Shown here piece after piece: positions 14,160 through 27,699 of a stretch of DNA of 64,000 bases. The stretch is from the NCBI GenBank assembly GCA_951406725.2, contig OX597818.1, forward strand, positions 140,554,001 to 140,618,000. The letters run 5' to 3'. Position 1 is the stretch's first letter, and every line of letters starts with the position of its first letter. Made by a program: the position numbers and the translations under genes. Source of the stretch: Octopus vulgaris (Eukaryota). The notes under the pieces were generated by a model. That model did not search any database. It was not told the origin of the DNA and worked only from the letters and a program-made list of their open reading frames with translations.

Positions 14160-14620
14160 TAAACACAGAGAGGACAAACAAGGACAGACAAACGGATTAA
14201 GTCAATTATATCAACCCCAGTGCGTAACTGGTACTTAATTTATCGACCCCGAAAGGATGAAAGGCAAAGTCGACGTCGGCGCAATTTGAACTCAGAACGT
14301 AACGACAGACGAAATACCAATAAGCATTTCGTTCGGCGTGATAACGTTTCTGCCAGCTCGCCGCCTTAGACGGCAGACGAAATACCCATTTCTTTACTAC
14401 CCACAAGGGACTAAACACAGAGGGGACAAACAAGTACAGACAAACGGATTACGTCGATTACATCGACCCAGTACGTCACTGGTACTTAATTTATCGACCC
14501 CGAAAGGATGAAAGGCAAAGTCGACCTCGGCGGAATTTGAACTCAGAACGCAGCGGCGGACCAAATACCACAAAGCATTTCGCCCGGCGCGCTAGCAATT
14601 CTGCCAGCTCGCCGCCTTAG
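14160..14620 (-). mobile_element. Two tandem SINE family C copies (14160-14369 and 14388-14620)
   Basis: Each starts taaggcggcgagctggcaga and contains gagttcaaatt..ctttgcctttcatcctttcggggtcgataaattaagtaccag. Confidence 0.9.
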
Positions 14621-15179
14621 ACATATACTGCAGCATCAAAAGAATGACAAATACTAATACAAACCAATTGTACATTTTGTGGTTCATTAATAAAGGCAAA
14701 GCGACCATATTACTACTTAATAGTGAAAGTAAATCTTATCTTTAAACAGGGAAATCTGGTGAGACTGAATGGGATGTCAATGTACCATGTTGTTGCTAAA
14801 TGCTTTCTGTGCCAATGTAATCACAAACAGTCAAATATCTCATAATGCAGGGAAACGGTTCCATAATCAAGTACCTCCATACCTGGAGAACTACGTTGCG
14901 TAGAAAGAGTTGTATTGATTGAAAAGAAATGTCCAACCGTACTTGTTTTTGTTGACTTCAGTTTCTTCAATTTTCTACTCACAAATGACCGAAGCCCAAT
15001 CGCAAACCTCGAAGTCCGTATAAACCTTCTACTGGATAACACATGGTGAAATCTGAATGTGGACGAGTTTTATACTGTACTGTACTACGTTCTTAAGAGA
15101 AGATACTGTAACTATATATATATATATATATGTATATGTGTGTGTGTGTGTGTGTGCGTGCGAGAGAGATAGAGGGAGA

Positions 15180-15360
15180 ATGCTTGTCTTTCGCCGTTGT
15201 TTGACAACCGATGGTGGTGTGTTTACGTCTCCGTAACTTAGAGGTTAGGCAAAAGTGACCGATAAAATAAGAAGTAGGGTTACTTATAAAGAATAAGTCC
15301 TGACGTCGACTTCTTCCACTATAACTTGACCGTAGTCAAATAACTGAAACAAGTAAAAGC
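15180..15360 (+). mobile_element. SINE family A, diverged 3' half
   Basis: ttgacaaccgatggtggtgtgtttacgtc...gtcaaataactgaaacaagtaaaag. Confidence 0.75.
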
Positions 15361-16429
15361 ATATATATATATATATTGTTTTCTTGTTTATATATATATA
15401 TATGACTTTCCCCAGGCACAACACAATATATATATGTATGTATGTGCACGCACACATTCTATGTACATCAACATTACTCTTCGCATATACTTAACACTAA
15501 TGTCACCACTACCATAGTTGACATTGTTGTCGTCCTCAATCTCCGTTTTCTCTCTTCTTCTTCCCTCCTCCTCCTCCTCCTCATCATCATCATCATCACC
15601 ATCGTCTTCATCATCGTCTTCATCATCGTCTTAAAATACATCTATAGACCCAACTATATGTAACTAGAAAGGAATACAAAATATTGTGTAACAACGAAAG
15701 TAATATTGATATAGCTGACCATCGTTGATCAAAGGTATTCCAACCATGATCCTCATGTATGTTAACATTCACATAGTAGTACAATACTTATTCTAAATTA
15801 CAATTTTTAAAACACATATACGTACTTTGTGGCACATTTGGCTGTTATGTAAAGAAGGGTGATGCACATAGAGCCAATATTCTCCATTGTTTTGGCAGGT
15901 TTCTTTACTTATAAATTTGTAAGTTTCTTCAGCAATTTGCGTTTCTGAATGTATGATTTTGCATTACTCAACGTGTCCGTATGTGCATATACGTATGTTA
16001 GAGTGCATTTGTGTTTGAATGCCAAAATACACATATAAACGTGGGCTTGTGTATCTGTGTATAACACTGCACAAAGGTGCCTCTGAGTCACTATGTGTAA
16101 ACTATGGCGTATATATGTGTGTCTGTATATATATATATGTATGTATATACATATATATACATACCTATATATATTGTTGAGCATTGAGTGTTGGCATGCG
16201 TGATGTATGAGGGGATCTGTGCTCTCTGAGGTGTATTAATAGGTGTCAAAGAGATAAGGAAGGACATCACAGATCTATACTCGTTAATACGCGAATTAAC
16301 TAGTGACATAGGAAACCCGCATTAACGTCTCTTGCCAAGAAGTAATCAATCAGATGTCATATCCATCAATAAAGAAGTACAAAAATAAATATGTGTGCCT
16401 GTCGATATATGTGTGTGCGCACACATATA

Positions 16430-16451
16430 TATCAGTATGTATGTATGTAAG

Positions 16452-16512
<61 letters not shown>

Positions 16513-16966
16513 AAATATACTATATGTATGTATATATATATACTATATATATACATACATATATATATATATAGATTATATGTATATATATATACTATAT
16601 GTATGTATATATATATATATATACTATATATATACATACATATATATATATATATGTATATATATAGTATATATATCATATATATATATATGTATGTATT
16701 TATATATGTCTATATATGTATTCATATACAAATGTCTATAAACATATATATATGTATGCATGTACGGTATGTGTGTCCGTATGCATGCCTGTGAAGTATG
16801 TATATGTTTATGTGTGTATATATATATATGTTTGTATCGTTACGATGATATGTATGCATGTGTTGTGAGTATATGTACGTGAGTTTCTATAAAAAATATA
16901 TATAAATGCATGTATGTATGTATACACAGACACACACGTACATACACGCTAGCACACACACACACG

Positions 16967-17000
<34 letters not shown>

Positions 17001-17091
17001 TATACATATATACGTGTGTGTGTGTGCTGCGTGTATGTACGTGTGTGTCTGTGTATACATACATGCATTTATATATATTTATATATATATA

Positions 17092-17134
<43 letters not shown>

Positions 17135-17135
17135 G
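16430..17135. repeat. (TA)n/(TATG)n/(CA)n low-complexity tract
   Basis: Seen directly; source of the YI/MYV ORFs. Confidence 0.9.
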
Positions 17136-17532
17136 CACATACCTATAGACGTAGCCACAAAAGTAGATAAATAAATATAATTATAATGAAAGAAAACATA
17201 ACGATGACCGCAGTGAGAATACGAATACGAAAAAAATAATAATAACAAAAAAGGGTAGAAAAAGACAAACAAAAACATATGAAGAAAACATAAAGAAAAA
17301 TACAACATTGTAAGTGCAAAACACCATAAATAATTTATAGCTCAACCTCAAAAGATGATAATGTCGTAAAGAAAAAAAAACGAATAAGCACCGTAGAAAA
17401 GTTAATAAAAACATGAACATATCTTTAATTTTATCTATGGTCAATGAATTAGATATACATTTGTTATATTCCACTTTCTCTTGTTGTTTATCTTGTTCAT
17501 GTTTATACTGCTGCTTCTTATTTCATCTTTTC

Positions 17533-17554
17533 ATTATTATTATTATTATTATCT

Positions 17555-17599
<45 letters not shown>

Positions 17600-17611
17600 T
17601 TATTATTATTT

Positions 17612-17676
<65 letters not shown>

Positions 17677-17716
17677 GTTATTATTGTTATTACTATTATT
17701 ATTACTATTATTATTT

Positions 17717-17753
<37 letters not shown>

Positions 17754-17865
17754 CATTCTTATTATTGTAGTTGTTGATGTTGTTATTATTGTTATTATTA
17801 TTGTTATTATTATTATTATTATCATCATCATCGTTTTGACTGTTGATATTCTTGTTGTTATTATT
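17533..17865. repeat. (ATT)n microsatellite
   Basis: Seen directly. Confidence 0.95.
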
Positions 17866-18077
17866 TAACTTTTAATCTTTGCTAACGCCAGTGAAGTCAC
17901 ATCAAAAGCATTTTTCACGCAATAAAATTTATGAGGAAGGGCAAAAAAAAAAAAAATAATAAGCACAGAATAAAATATCAAAAAAAACAATCTAGGCAAC
18001 CGGCAAATTACTTCGTAAAAACCTATATATTATTATTATTATTGTTGGTCATGCTGTCGTTGTTGTTATTATTATAA

Positions 18078-18129
<52 letters not shown>

Positions 18130-18217
18130 GTTCTTTTTTCACTTACCAACTTAACGATGTGTCAATAAATCAATCAATTAATCCAGTCATCCGTCTATCG
18201 ATCAATCAGTCCTAACA

Positions 18218-18265
<48 letters not shown>

Positions 18266-18664
18266 ATATCTGTTTATCTACGATGTAGCTTCGTCTATAT
18301 CCTTCTCCAAACCCTTTCTACCCTCTCTCTCCCTCTATCTATCTATCTATTTCTGTCCCTCTCTCTATACACACACACACACACACACATATATCAACAC
18401 ATTTACGCACATATATCAGTACATATATGTGTGTCTGTATATATACATATATATGTATTCATGTATAAATGTGCGTGTTTGTGTGTGTGTGTGTGTGGAT
18501 GGTATTTATGAATATTTGTGCATGTGTATAACCTCTGTTTATATCTATTCTACATTCTCAATTTACGTAAATATTCCTCTACATATGTGTATATATACGC
18601 CCAAGTTTTTGCATTATTTAACGATCATATATATCTATTAAATGTATATATACACACACACACA

Positions 18665-18725
<61 letters not shown>

Positions 18726-19398
18726 CGAGTCAGAAAAATAGAAAGAGAGACATACACAGCCCTCTACCTCACAAAGTTTCAAACAATCGTTTAATATATG
18801 TAGATATATATCTTCATATAATTTCATGTGATTAGACCGCCCATCTACCAATCAGCAGTTTTAACATAGTACCTATACAGACACGGACACACACACACAC
18901 CAATACACACGTGCACACAAACATCTATACACACGCACGCACGCACACACGTCCATACACACGCCCGCATACACACACACAGAGTCACATACACACACAC
19001 ACGCCCGCAAACAGAAATAGTGACCGTATCTGTATATATGTGTTTATATTAATGCGTTCATAACCCTTGTCTTTAGATTTTGCTGTTAATAACGAATTAT
19101 CGAGCAATTTTGAGTGAAATATTTCACAAGAAAAAGAACGTTGATTCAATGTCACGACATTTTACGCTAATCTTCAGTCTACAAACTTAAATTTTAATAC
19201 AGAGTATCTAACAAATCCTACCAATACTCTTTTTATTTCGTGTTATTGGAAAAATTTCCTTTGCAGTATTTTTCTCGCATGCTAAGTTGAAGACTTCGAG
19301 CAATTTTGAGAATGTAAGGTGGAACAATCAAGGCAAGTATATTTATGGAGATTTAAACAGTTGTAGCTGATCTATTTTGATTGGTGACTCACAATGTA

Positions 19399-19416
19399 TT
19401 ATATATATATATATAT

Positions 19417-19487
<71 letters not shown>

Positions 19488-19548
19488 TGTTTCTTTATTA
19501 GCCACACAGGGCTGCACACAGATAGAACAAATTACAAGGTAGAGCTTT

Positions 19549-19622
<74 letters not shown>

Positions 19623-19626
19623 TATA
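19399..19626. repeat. (TA)n(GATA)n interrupted by a ~60-bp retroelement-like tail (19487-19549)
   Basis: Insert tttctttattagccacacagggctgcacacagatagaacaa resembles the family C tail tttctttactacccacaagggactaaacacagaggggacaa at 14389. Confidence 0.75.
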
Positions 19627-19825
19627 GGGAGAGTTTAAGAAAAAAACAACAAAAGTCGAAGACAGGTGGTGTACAAGACAAACAGATGTATTAGTATGAC
19701 GCTTAGGAATAGAAAAAGTCTTTTATGTTTCGAGGCTACGCTCTTCTACAGAAAGGGACACAGAAAAAACAAGGACAGAAACAAGTAGAGGAAAAAATAT
19801 GTGTAGTGGCTAACGATCTATCATG

Positions 19826-19829
<4 letters not shown>
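19627..19829 (-). mobile_element. Short element between (TA)n tracts with a variant hammerhead-like motif
   Basis: Minus strand reads cttt-CTGTAGA-agagcgtagcctc-GAAAC-ATA-aaag at 19755-19720. Confidence 0.45.
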
Positions 19830-19911
<82 letters not shown>

Positions 19912-20274
19912 TGATTCCACTTAATCCTTATTTATATAACCATTTGAACATGAAACTGATGTATCTAAACAATAATTTTTTTTAGAAGTCATAGTAACGT
20001 AAAAGCGTGGGTTAATCATCGAATTTGAGAATTTTATAAAGAGGATGATACACAACTACTTTGAAAATACATTGAAAATGTAACCGTAAACTTAAAATTG
20101 CGTATGCGTATGTAAATAGCATGACAGAGAGCTCTAAATAGGTTTAGGGTATTGTCAAGCAACGAGCTGATGTTGAACCTGCTCCTATCTATTTATCTAT
20201 ACTAAATTATTTTATGTAAGAAATGTAATTTCAAATAAGTCGCTATAATATACTACATGGTTATAAAAGTGTTC

Positions 20275-20510
20275 TAAGGCGGCGAGCTAGCAGAAGCGTT
20301 AGCACAACGGGCAAAATGCTTTGTAGTACTTCGTCTGGCGCTACGTTCTGAGTTCAAATTCCGCCGAGGTCGACTTTGCCTTTCATCCTTTCGGGGTCGA
20401 TAAATTAAGTACCAGTTACGCACTGGGGTCGATGTAATCGACATAATACCTATGTCTGTCCTTGTTTGTCCCCTCTATGTTTAGCCCCTTGTGGGTAATA
20501 AAGAAATAGG
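20275..20510 (+). mobile_element. SINE family C, full length
   Basis: Same head, core and tail as 14388-14620. Confidence 0.9.
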
Positions 20511-20730
20511 TGATAAAAATGTTCAGAATCAACTTGAAGGTATAGGTATGGTGACTGATAAATAAAATTGAATTGTTCTCTGTTTTTTGGGGGTTTTTTT
20601 TTTCGAAAATGGCATTTCATTTGTTCTGTAATTTCAGCTTGACACGCATTAAATTCAATTTGAATCGACTGAGAACTTTTGACACACGCATGACTTTCAT
20701 GCAAATTTTAGACTGAATCGGTCCGTTACT

Positions 20731-21245
20731 TATTTACATGATTTACAATTGACGGATATTTGCCCCCATCCTGTTTGTTTTTAACACAACAGTTCGGCTG
20801 ATATAACCTCTTGCATTCACCAGGTGTCTTGGGGAAATTTCGAACCTGGGTTATCATTCCTAATGTATTTTTCGATGGTCTTATTATTATCATTATTATT
20901 ATTATTAATATTATTATTATTATTATTATTATTATTGTTATTGTTGTTGTTGTTGCTGTTGTTATTATTATTATGGTCTTGTAGCGTGGGCTACTAAACC
21001 CCAAGATTCCAAGTTCGATTCCAGGCAGTGACCTGAATACTAATAATAACAACAAGAACAACAACAACAACACCATCGAATAATACCTTAGGAATGAGAA
21101 TCCAGGTTCGAAATTTCCCCAAGTTACCTGATGAAGGCTGAAGAGCATATAAGCCGAAACGTGTTAACAACAAACAAGATGAGGACAAATATCCGTCAAT
21201 TGTAAATAATATACATTATTCCTCATCTCTTAAACATACAACTGT
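20731..21245 (+). mobile_element. tRNA-like head plus hammerhead-bearing element, with an inverted copy of its 3' part upstream
   Basis: 20731-20879 is the reverse complement of about 21072-21212. B-box gttcgattcc at 21013-21022; CTGATGA 21128-21134; GAAAC 21156-21160. Confidence 0.7.
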
Positions 21246-21549
21246 ATCAGTGTGTTAATTTATATAGCTAGGCTGGGACTTTGAATTACGTGTCTAGTCC
21301 ATCCGATTTTTTTCCAAACGGTTCCAATTCCAACCAAATGGCTCGAAAGGACAACAGGCTAGAATATGAAAAAAAATACAAAACACAGTTTTGCAGGGTT
21401 AGCAAATTGGTTATGGGACATGCTTAAAACTCCGATGTATTAATTCTTTCTTGTGCATGCAAGGGAAGGTTTTTCTCTCTACTATTTAAATATATTATAT
21501 ACACATAAGCATCATGCATTTTGCTCATGTTTGAGTATCTTCACATATT

Positions 21550-21895
21550 GGTCGGAGGCTGGAAAAAGAATTAGTGCACGAGGCCAACATTACGGATATA
21601 AATTGCTTAACTAAGACTTACATTGGAATGACGGGAAACACCTCCAAGGGAAGATATACGCAGCTTTGGATTCGTTCAAAGACAAAACCAAAAGATACAA
21701 GATATCTTGATCCAATATCATACGAACACTTGGTAAATCACGTACAGTCTCCAGTAATTTTGTGTATTCTCATCCAAAATGGAATGAGTACCAACGTTCG
21801 CACATGGTACTCTTGAAGAATTGTAAATTTACATGGAACTATTGGTAGTTTAATTAACCCGTAAATAAAGAATATTTATCCAATGCAGTGTTGAT
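21550..21895 (+). pseudogene. Decayed GIY-YIG endonuclease fragment of a Penelope-like element
   Basis: LEKELVHEANITDINCLTKTYIGMTGNTSKGRYTQ resembles the PLE pattern VVYkA..YIGmT..FK.RY. Confidence 0.65.
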
Positions 21896-22319
21896 CACTC
21901 TTTCTCACTGTTCGATATTCACTGCGTGTGTGTGTGTGTGTATGCGTGCAAGTATGTATACAGTAAGAGAGAAAGAGAGAGGGAGAGAAAAAGAAAAAGT
22001 GAAGCAGAGAAAGAGAAAAAAAGTAATAGACAGAGAAAGAGAGAGAGAGTGTGTCTGTGAGGTACAGAGAGAGATAGAGAAGGAGAGAGAGAGAGTGTGG
22101 GGAGAGAAATAATTTGATACATGTATAAGAAGGTATCTTTGCAACCGCTTTATTTTGAGGTCGATCTCATTACGGGGTATTTTGTGCAAACGGCGTCTAA
22201 AATAGTCATGGGTTGGCAAATGTCTCGTAAATTAAATCTATCAGTCAGACACTGTAGCATCGTTTAAATTTACACACACACACACACACACACACGCTCA
22301 CATACACACACATTTTCCT

Positions 22320-23270
22320 ACATGTGTGAATACATGGTGGAAATCAGCTCGTGACTGAGACTTTTCAAACATTGTGCTACATTTGATGCACGGGGGCTCG
22401 TACTCGGCATCACATTGGTAAACGGAGTTGCTCCTGCGATCACGCTGGGAGCCACTTTATGCCTGCCTTTTGAAAGCAGACACCATCATACTGGTCATAC
22501 GAGACAAAACTTTTTGTGCCCTTCTCGGGAAAGGCTTCACAGCCTCCATACATTTACTAGCACTTGGGAACCCTGTTGTTTTCGAATTCTCTAACACCAG
22601 TATCAATCAGATTTTCGCGGATGCAAAATTTTCCCGGATGTTATAACCCAATATTTAATTTTTTAAGTGTGCTTTTAATATTGTCTTTGAAATTGTTGTA
22701 TAGTTTCCACTGGGAACAAATTCCTTGTATCAGCTCACTCTACAACCGCTGGTTTGACATGCTGGTGTTCTTGAAGCGGATATGAACTCAGTAATCGTTA
22801 GTACCCTCCTCTAAGTTACATGAGATCGCCGAGAGATCTTTAGGATGTTAAGCAAACATCGCCGATGGAATAGTTCGCGACATTGGATATGCCCACACTA
22901 GGCTGTCCAAATCTTACGACCACACGGCTGGGCAGCCAAGACCCATGTTCGATTGATCTCAAACGTCTGTATTGATTTTATGCCTTATTGCGGCTAAAGC
23001 TTCGATTCAAGCTTTCCAATGTATCAGAAATTCGCATAAATTCTTTCATTTGCTAATGCTGACCATGACTCTTGCTGTGCCATCAATGCTTGCTTGTTGT
23101 AACAGGCGAATCGTACAAACCAGTGCTTCGATGTCACTTGAAGATGTTTGATACTCCTCTGCGTTTGGGTTTCGTATTATTCGTTGTAGATCTACTTAAT
23201 AACCAAGGTGTAATCCGTTCATCTTCTGTCAAAATCTCGAGGTGTGCATAATGTTAGTTCTCTAACTGTA
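22320..23270 (-). pseudogene. Decayed RTE-clade LINE, 3' region
   Basis: Manual translation gives LFHRRCLLNILKISRRSHVT, QRL*SELIQG, FKDNIKSTLKKLNI..LIDTGVREFENNR and a terminal CxxC-like remnant. Confidence 0.7.
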
Positions 23271-25302
23271 AGCACGTGTGGAGGTTATTTATAATTTGGA
23301 AGAATACACGGCCTGACAAATTATAACACGAACAAAAGTAAATGAGTGAATGAGAGATGAACTAACCAAGCAGTTAATGAATTCACCACAAATGTATTCA
23401 TTATACTATTACAGAATATTCCCTCGAGTTAATTAAAATATACATTGCCCATTAAAGTAATATATATATAGTATCTATACAAACTTGATGGCTGAACTTG
23501 ATACTTCATGTTTTTCCTTGCATCAACGTTTAATGGTAGTTTGTGGAAAGAGACGGGGGCCGAACCAGCGATTGACTTCCTAGAAATAGCACTACATGCC
23601 CCTCCCCTCAGTCGTATGCTACTGTTTTACAAACATAACATATCATACAAAGTAGGACTGTACATACAATTTAGTTGGCATGGTAATAGCTGTTACTGAG
23701 AGAAAAAAAATACAAAAACAAAAGCAAAATCCGACTTTAGGGGACATGGTCGATCTTTCGTTTGAGTATTTCATCCTTATTATAGAAATATTCCCATATA
23801 CCTTACCATGATACAAAATACAGAAGGTTTTTACATATAAATTGCTTGACTTCAATGCAATGTGCGAAGACTGTTGATTAAGAGTTTATCACCAAGCCAA
23901 CACACAAATCATCGAGGGGAAATTTCATGGTGTCTTTCGATATGCAAAAAATAACAGTCAAAGAAAAATCCTAGCAACTGAGAAGGGAAAACAGTTGTTA
24001 CTTTTTAACAGTTAATTTAAGATACTTCTATTTACCACAAGTTAATTTGGATTTTCGAAAGTATAACAAGATATCCGTCGGAGCCTACTCGATTAAATTT
24101 GATTTTGTTGTTTATCACAAGTTATCCATAATTTGAACAATAGTTAACAGATCGCAGTGAAAAAAAAACCGACCGATATCCAACATATTAAGAATTGATT
24201 ATATTAAAGTGAGCACTAGTTCCGAGCTCACTTCCCGAGAGAGTATGTGGAGTTTCAAATGTCTCTTTCTTTTTCTCAGTATATTCAGGAGGAATAACGA
24301 CAGTTGAGTATTTCAACAAAAACAATGTACTAATTAGCGATGAAAAAAAATCAATAATTAAGCGACAGTATGTAGCTGATTTTGTGATAATGTCACTAAT
24401 AGTTTTGTGTCAATAACTAAATTAGTGGAACCGAACTCCTCCAATAAGATTCTTTATTAAATCGCGTGAGTGGAACAGCGATAGAAGCATTGACTTGGGA
24501 GATATATACTGAAGAAATATCATATTTCGTGTTTCATCAGTGTGATATTTCATGTGGCCGTGTGATATTTCATTAGGAATGTTCAGGGATATTTGTTTAA
24601 TCTAGCGATGTATGTATATTTTGTAATATATGAAAAATAGATATAGAAGGATATGGTGCTAAGTTTAGATTACATATATGTCCCAGACGTATTTCGGTGT
24701 TGACATTTATGTCGTGTATACACATACAAATGAAAGACAACAACTTCAGTCGAAGGACGACTCAGACATTTATGCACATATACACACATACACAGACGGA
24801 CACATACACCTCCAACCCCATCCCATAATAATAAACCCACCACCGATGCGCACGCACCTATACACATACACACTAGATAAAAGACTACTAAATGAATGTT
24901 TGTTTAATCAGGAGTAGTTGGCATTTTTGTCGAGTAAAATTTACGCTATTTTGATGCTGGGTGTTAAGTTCTGAGTTCGAATCTGACTGAAGATGAATTT
25001 GCCTTTTATACTTCTGGGATGCGTCTCGATAAAATAAGATACTAGTCAAATGCATGAGTTGTTCCGGTCTACACAGCTCTAATGAGTTCCAGTCTTGTGA
25101 CAGTGCAGTCCTACTGGATCTATAATGCGAGGAAGGAAGAAATAAGTTCGCCTGCCCTCTCTGCTACATAGGCACCTAAGATCATTTGCGAAAGCATGGT
25201 ACATGTTACCAGATCATACTCATTTGTGAATGAGGGTTACTTATTTTGGTGGGTAGGAGGGTATGGTCGTTTATTTTACTTTACTTTAAGATTAGCTTTA
25301 AA

Positions 25303-25357
<55 letters not shown>

Positions 25358-25631
25358 TAGTCGCAAAATCTTAGGATAGAGAACATGCCACCAGCAAAGA
25401 GGCTTTTTATGGGGTTTCCGTTTTCGGTCATGTTAGCTGTGAGATCATGTTCAGGATTTGCTGTATTACGTCGTGAAATCATATATGAGGAATTCTATGT
25501 TTTGCAAAAAGTGTCTGTGACACCATGTAGAAAGACTTCACTGAACAGCATCTGGAATTCAAATATATTTCCTTATTGGTTTGGAATGCTCCTGCTCCAT
25601 ACGTCGTCAAAGTAATCGCTCTCCTAAACAA

Positions 25632-25830
25632 AGTGGCCAACTGGCAGAATCATTAGCACGCCGGGCAACATGATTAGCAGCCTTTCTGCCGGCTTTATGC
25701 TCTGATTTCAAATTTCACTGAGTCAGCTTTGCTTTTAGAGATCTAAAAAAATAAGTACCAGTCGAGCACTGTAGACGATGTAGTTGACTACCCGCCTCCA
25801 AAATTCAGGCCTTGTGCCAAAAGTAGAAAT
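25632..25830 (+). mobile_element. Diverged SINE family C copy
   Basis: ctggcagaatcattagcacgccgggc..aataagtaccagtcgagcactg..caggccttgtgcc. Confidence 0.75.
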
Positions 25831-25959
25831 AATTATTTCGTTACTTTATTGTATGCTAGACATGCAATAGGCAAAAGCACGGCCGAGTAGCTAGGATGTA
25901 CACTTTGCAATCGTAATATCCCTGCTTCGGGCAACACAGAACATTCATTTTATACTTTG

Positions 25960-26320
25960 TAGGTACTTTATTTTTTATTGATCCAAATGTATTGAAAAGC
26001 AAAGATTACTTCGGCAAGATTTGAGCTAAAAATCTTTGGAACTGGAAGAAATACCGCAATACCAATTACCGACATTGATGTATTTTGCTAATCTGCTGGA
26101 AAGAAAATATGGCTTGAAATCTAGGTACAAGTCCAGCAGAAGTATTAATAGGAGCTTAATCGATTAAATAGACACCGTACTCTAGAAGTACTTATTTTTA
26201 TCGACTGGGATAAAGGTACAAAGCACACTTTACCTCGGTAGTATTTGAACTTAGAATGTAACGGTCCGTGTAAAGTACAGCAGGGTATTTTTGATGACGC
26301 TTTAACTATTCTGCCCATTC
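25960..26320 (-). mobile_element. Two old SINE family C remnants
   Basis: gtacttatttt..tatcgac..aaagg..acctcggtagtatttgaacttagaa-like motifs occur twice. Confidence 0.5.
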
Positions 26321-27699
26321 AAAGAGAATGAATCACAATAATAATTAATGTGAAACATAAATTGAATAAAATGCGGCTTTCTTCAATTTCTCATTACAGA
26401 CACGACATTCCATTCCATCAAATAATTATGAAAGTAAAGAAAAAATTATATAATAAAATATTAAATTAATTTTAAACTGTAAATAGCTTGATGGAAAATC
26501 ACATAGCAGTAGAATGATCCGATCGAATTTCTAGTCAGATTTTAGTGGCAATCAATATATATCGAAATTACACGTAGTAATATTATGATGTAAAATAACC
26601 AACGTTGTTAATTGTTAATTGATTTTACTTCAGTTCGGTTTTAAGTGAAGATTATATTTCAATTAAAATTCGGTTCCATTTTAACGTCCTCACACAAAAT
26701 TTGCCGAGTATATGTGTGTATATGTATATATAGATATATATACGTATATGCCTGTGTGTTTTTGTATACTATATATGTGCAGAAACATATATATGCACAT
26801 ATATGTGTGTGCGTATGAGTGTGTATGCCTATATGCATACATGTACATATATGCATATTTGTATATATCGGCATATATTTGTTTATATATATATGTATAC
26901 GTATGTATATATATTTATGTATATGAACATATATGCATGTATACACATAGCGTTAAACATAAATGTATATGTGTGTGTATGTATGTGTATTCACGTATGT
27001 ATGCACGTATGTATGTATTATGTATGCATGGCCAGATAGACAAGCGCGCGCATATTCCGTCCAAAGTAATGCACAAGTGAGCATTAAGTTTTATTAGCTG
27101 ACATTGATCACGGAAGTTGTAGAAGTTGATAGACTAGCACTTCTATGCAAATGTAGAACTGAAGCAATGCATCTATTTCATCGTTTAACCTAACTTTCGA
27201 ATCCTATTTGGAAAAGGGCGCACGTGCTACCATTGTACGCACTCTTCACTGCGAATATCATCTCGTCTTTGTGATTAGATTATTGTTCTCGAAAGCTATA
27301 TTCCAATTAGACAGGAGAGGCGGAGTCGGAGGGCACCAGATCCTGACTGTACTGTGGATGTTAGACCACCTGTCACTCCAAGTTGTTGTTGCCTGATTTA
27401 TTGTCATAGATGTTTGTGGTTACACATTATTATGGTGAATGTGGATCGTTTTCATAGGGTTCTACTGTCCCTGATTCTTTATGGTTTCTTTCAGCTTTTT
27501 CAGTGTTAAAATGTACCTTTCGTTGGTCACTTTTCCACATTCCAGAATATGAGTGAAAATGACGATCTCGTCATGTTAAAGAATTGTCACTATAAATGTT
27601 TGAACTGATTATTGGTTTTTAACTCTCTAGGTCATGGAGAAAAGGTGTGATGCCTTTCACTGGGCTGAGTATCCGTTTTGGAACCTTAAATATACAGCT

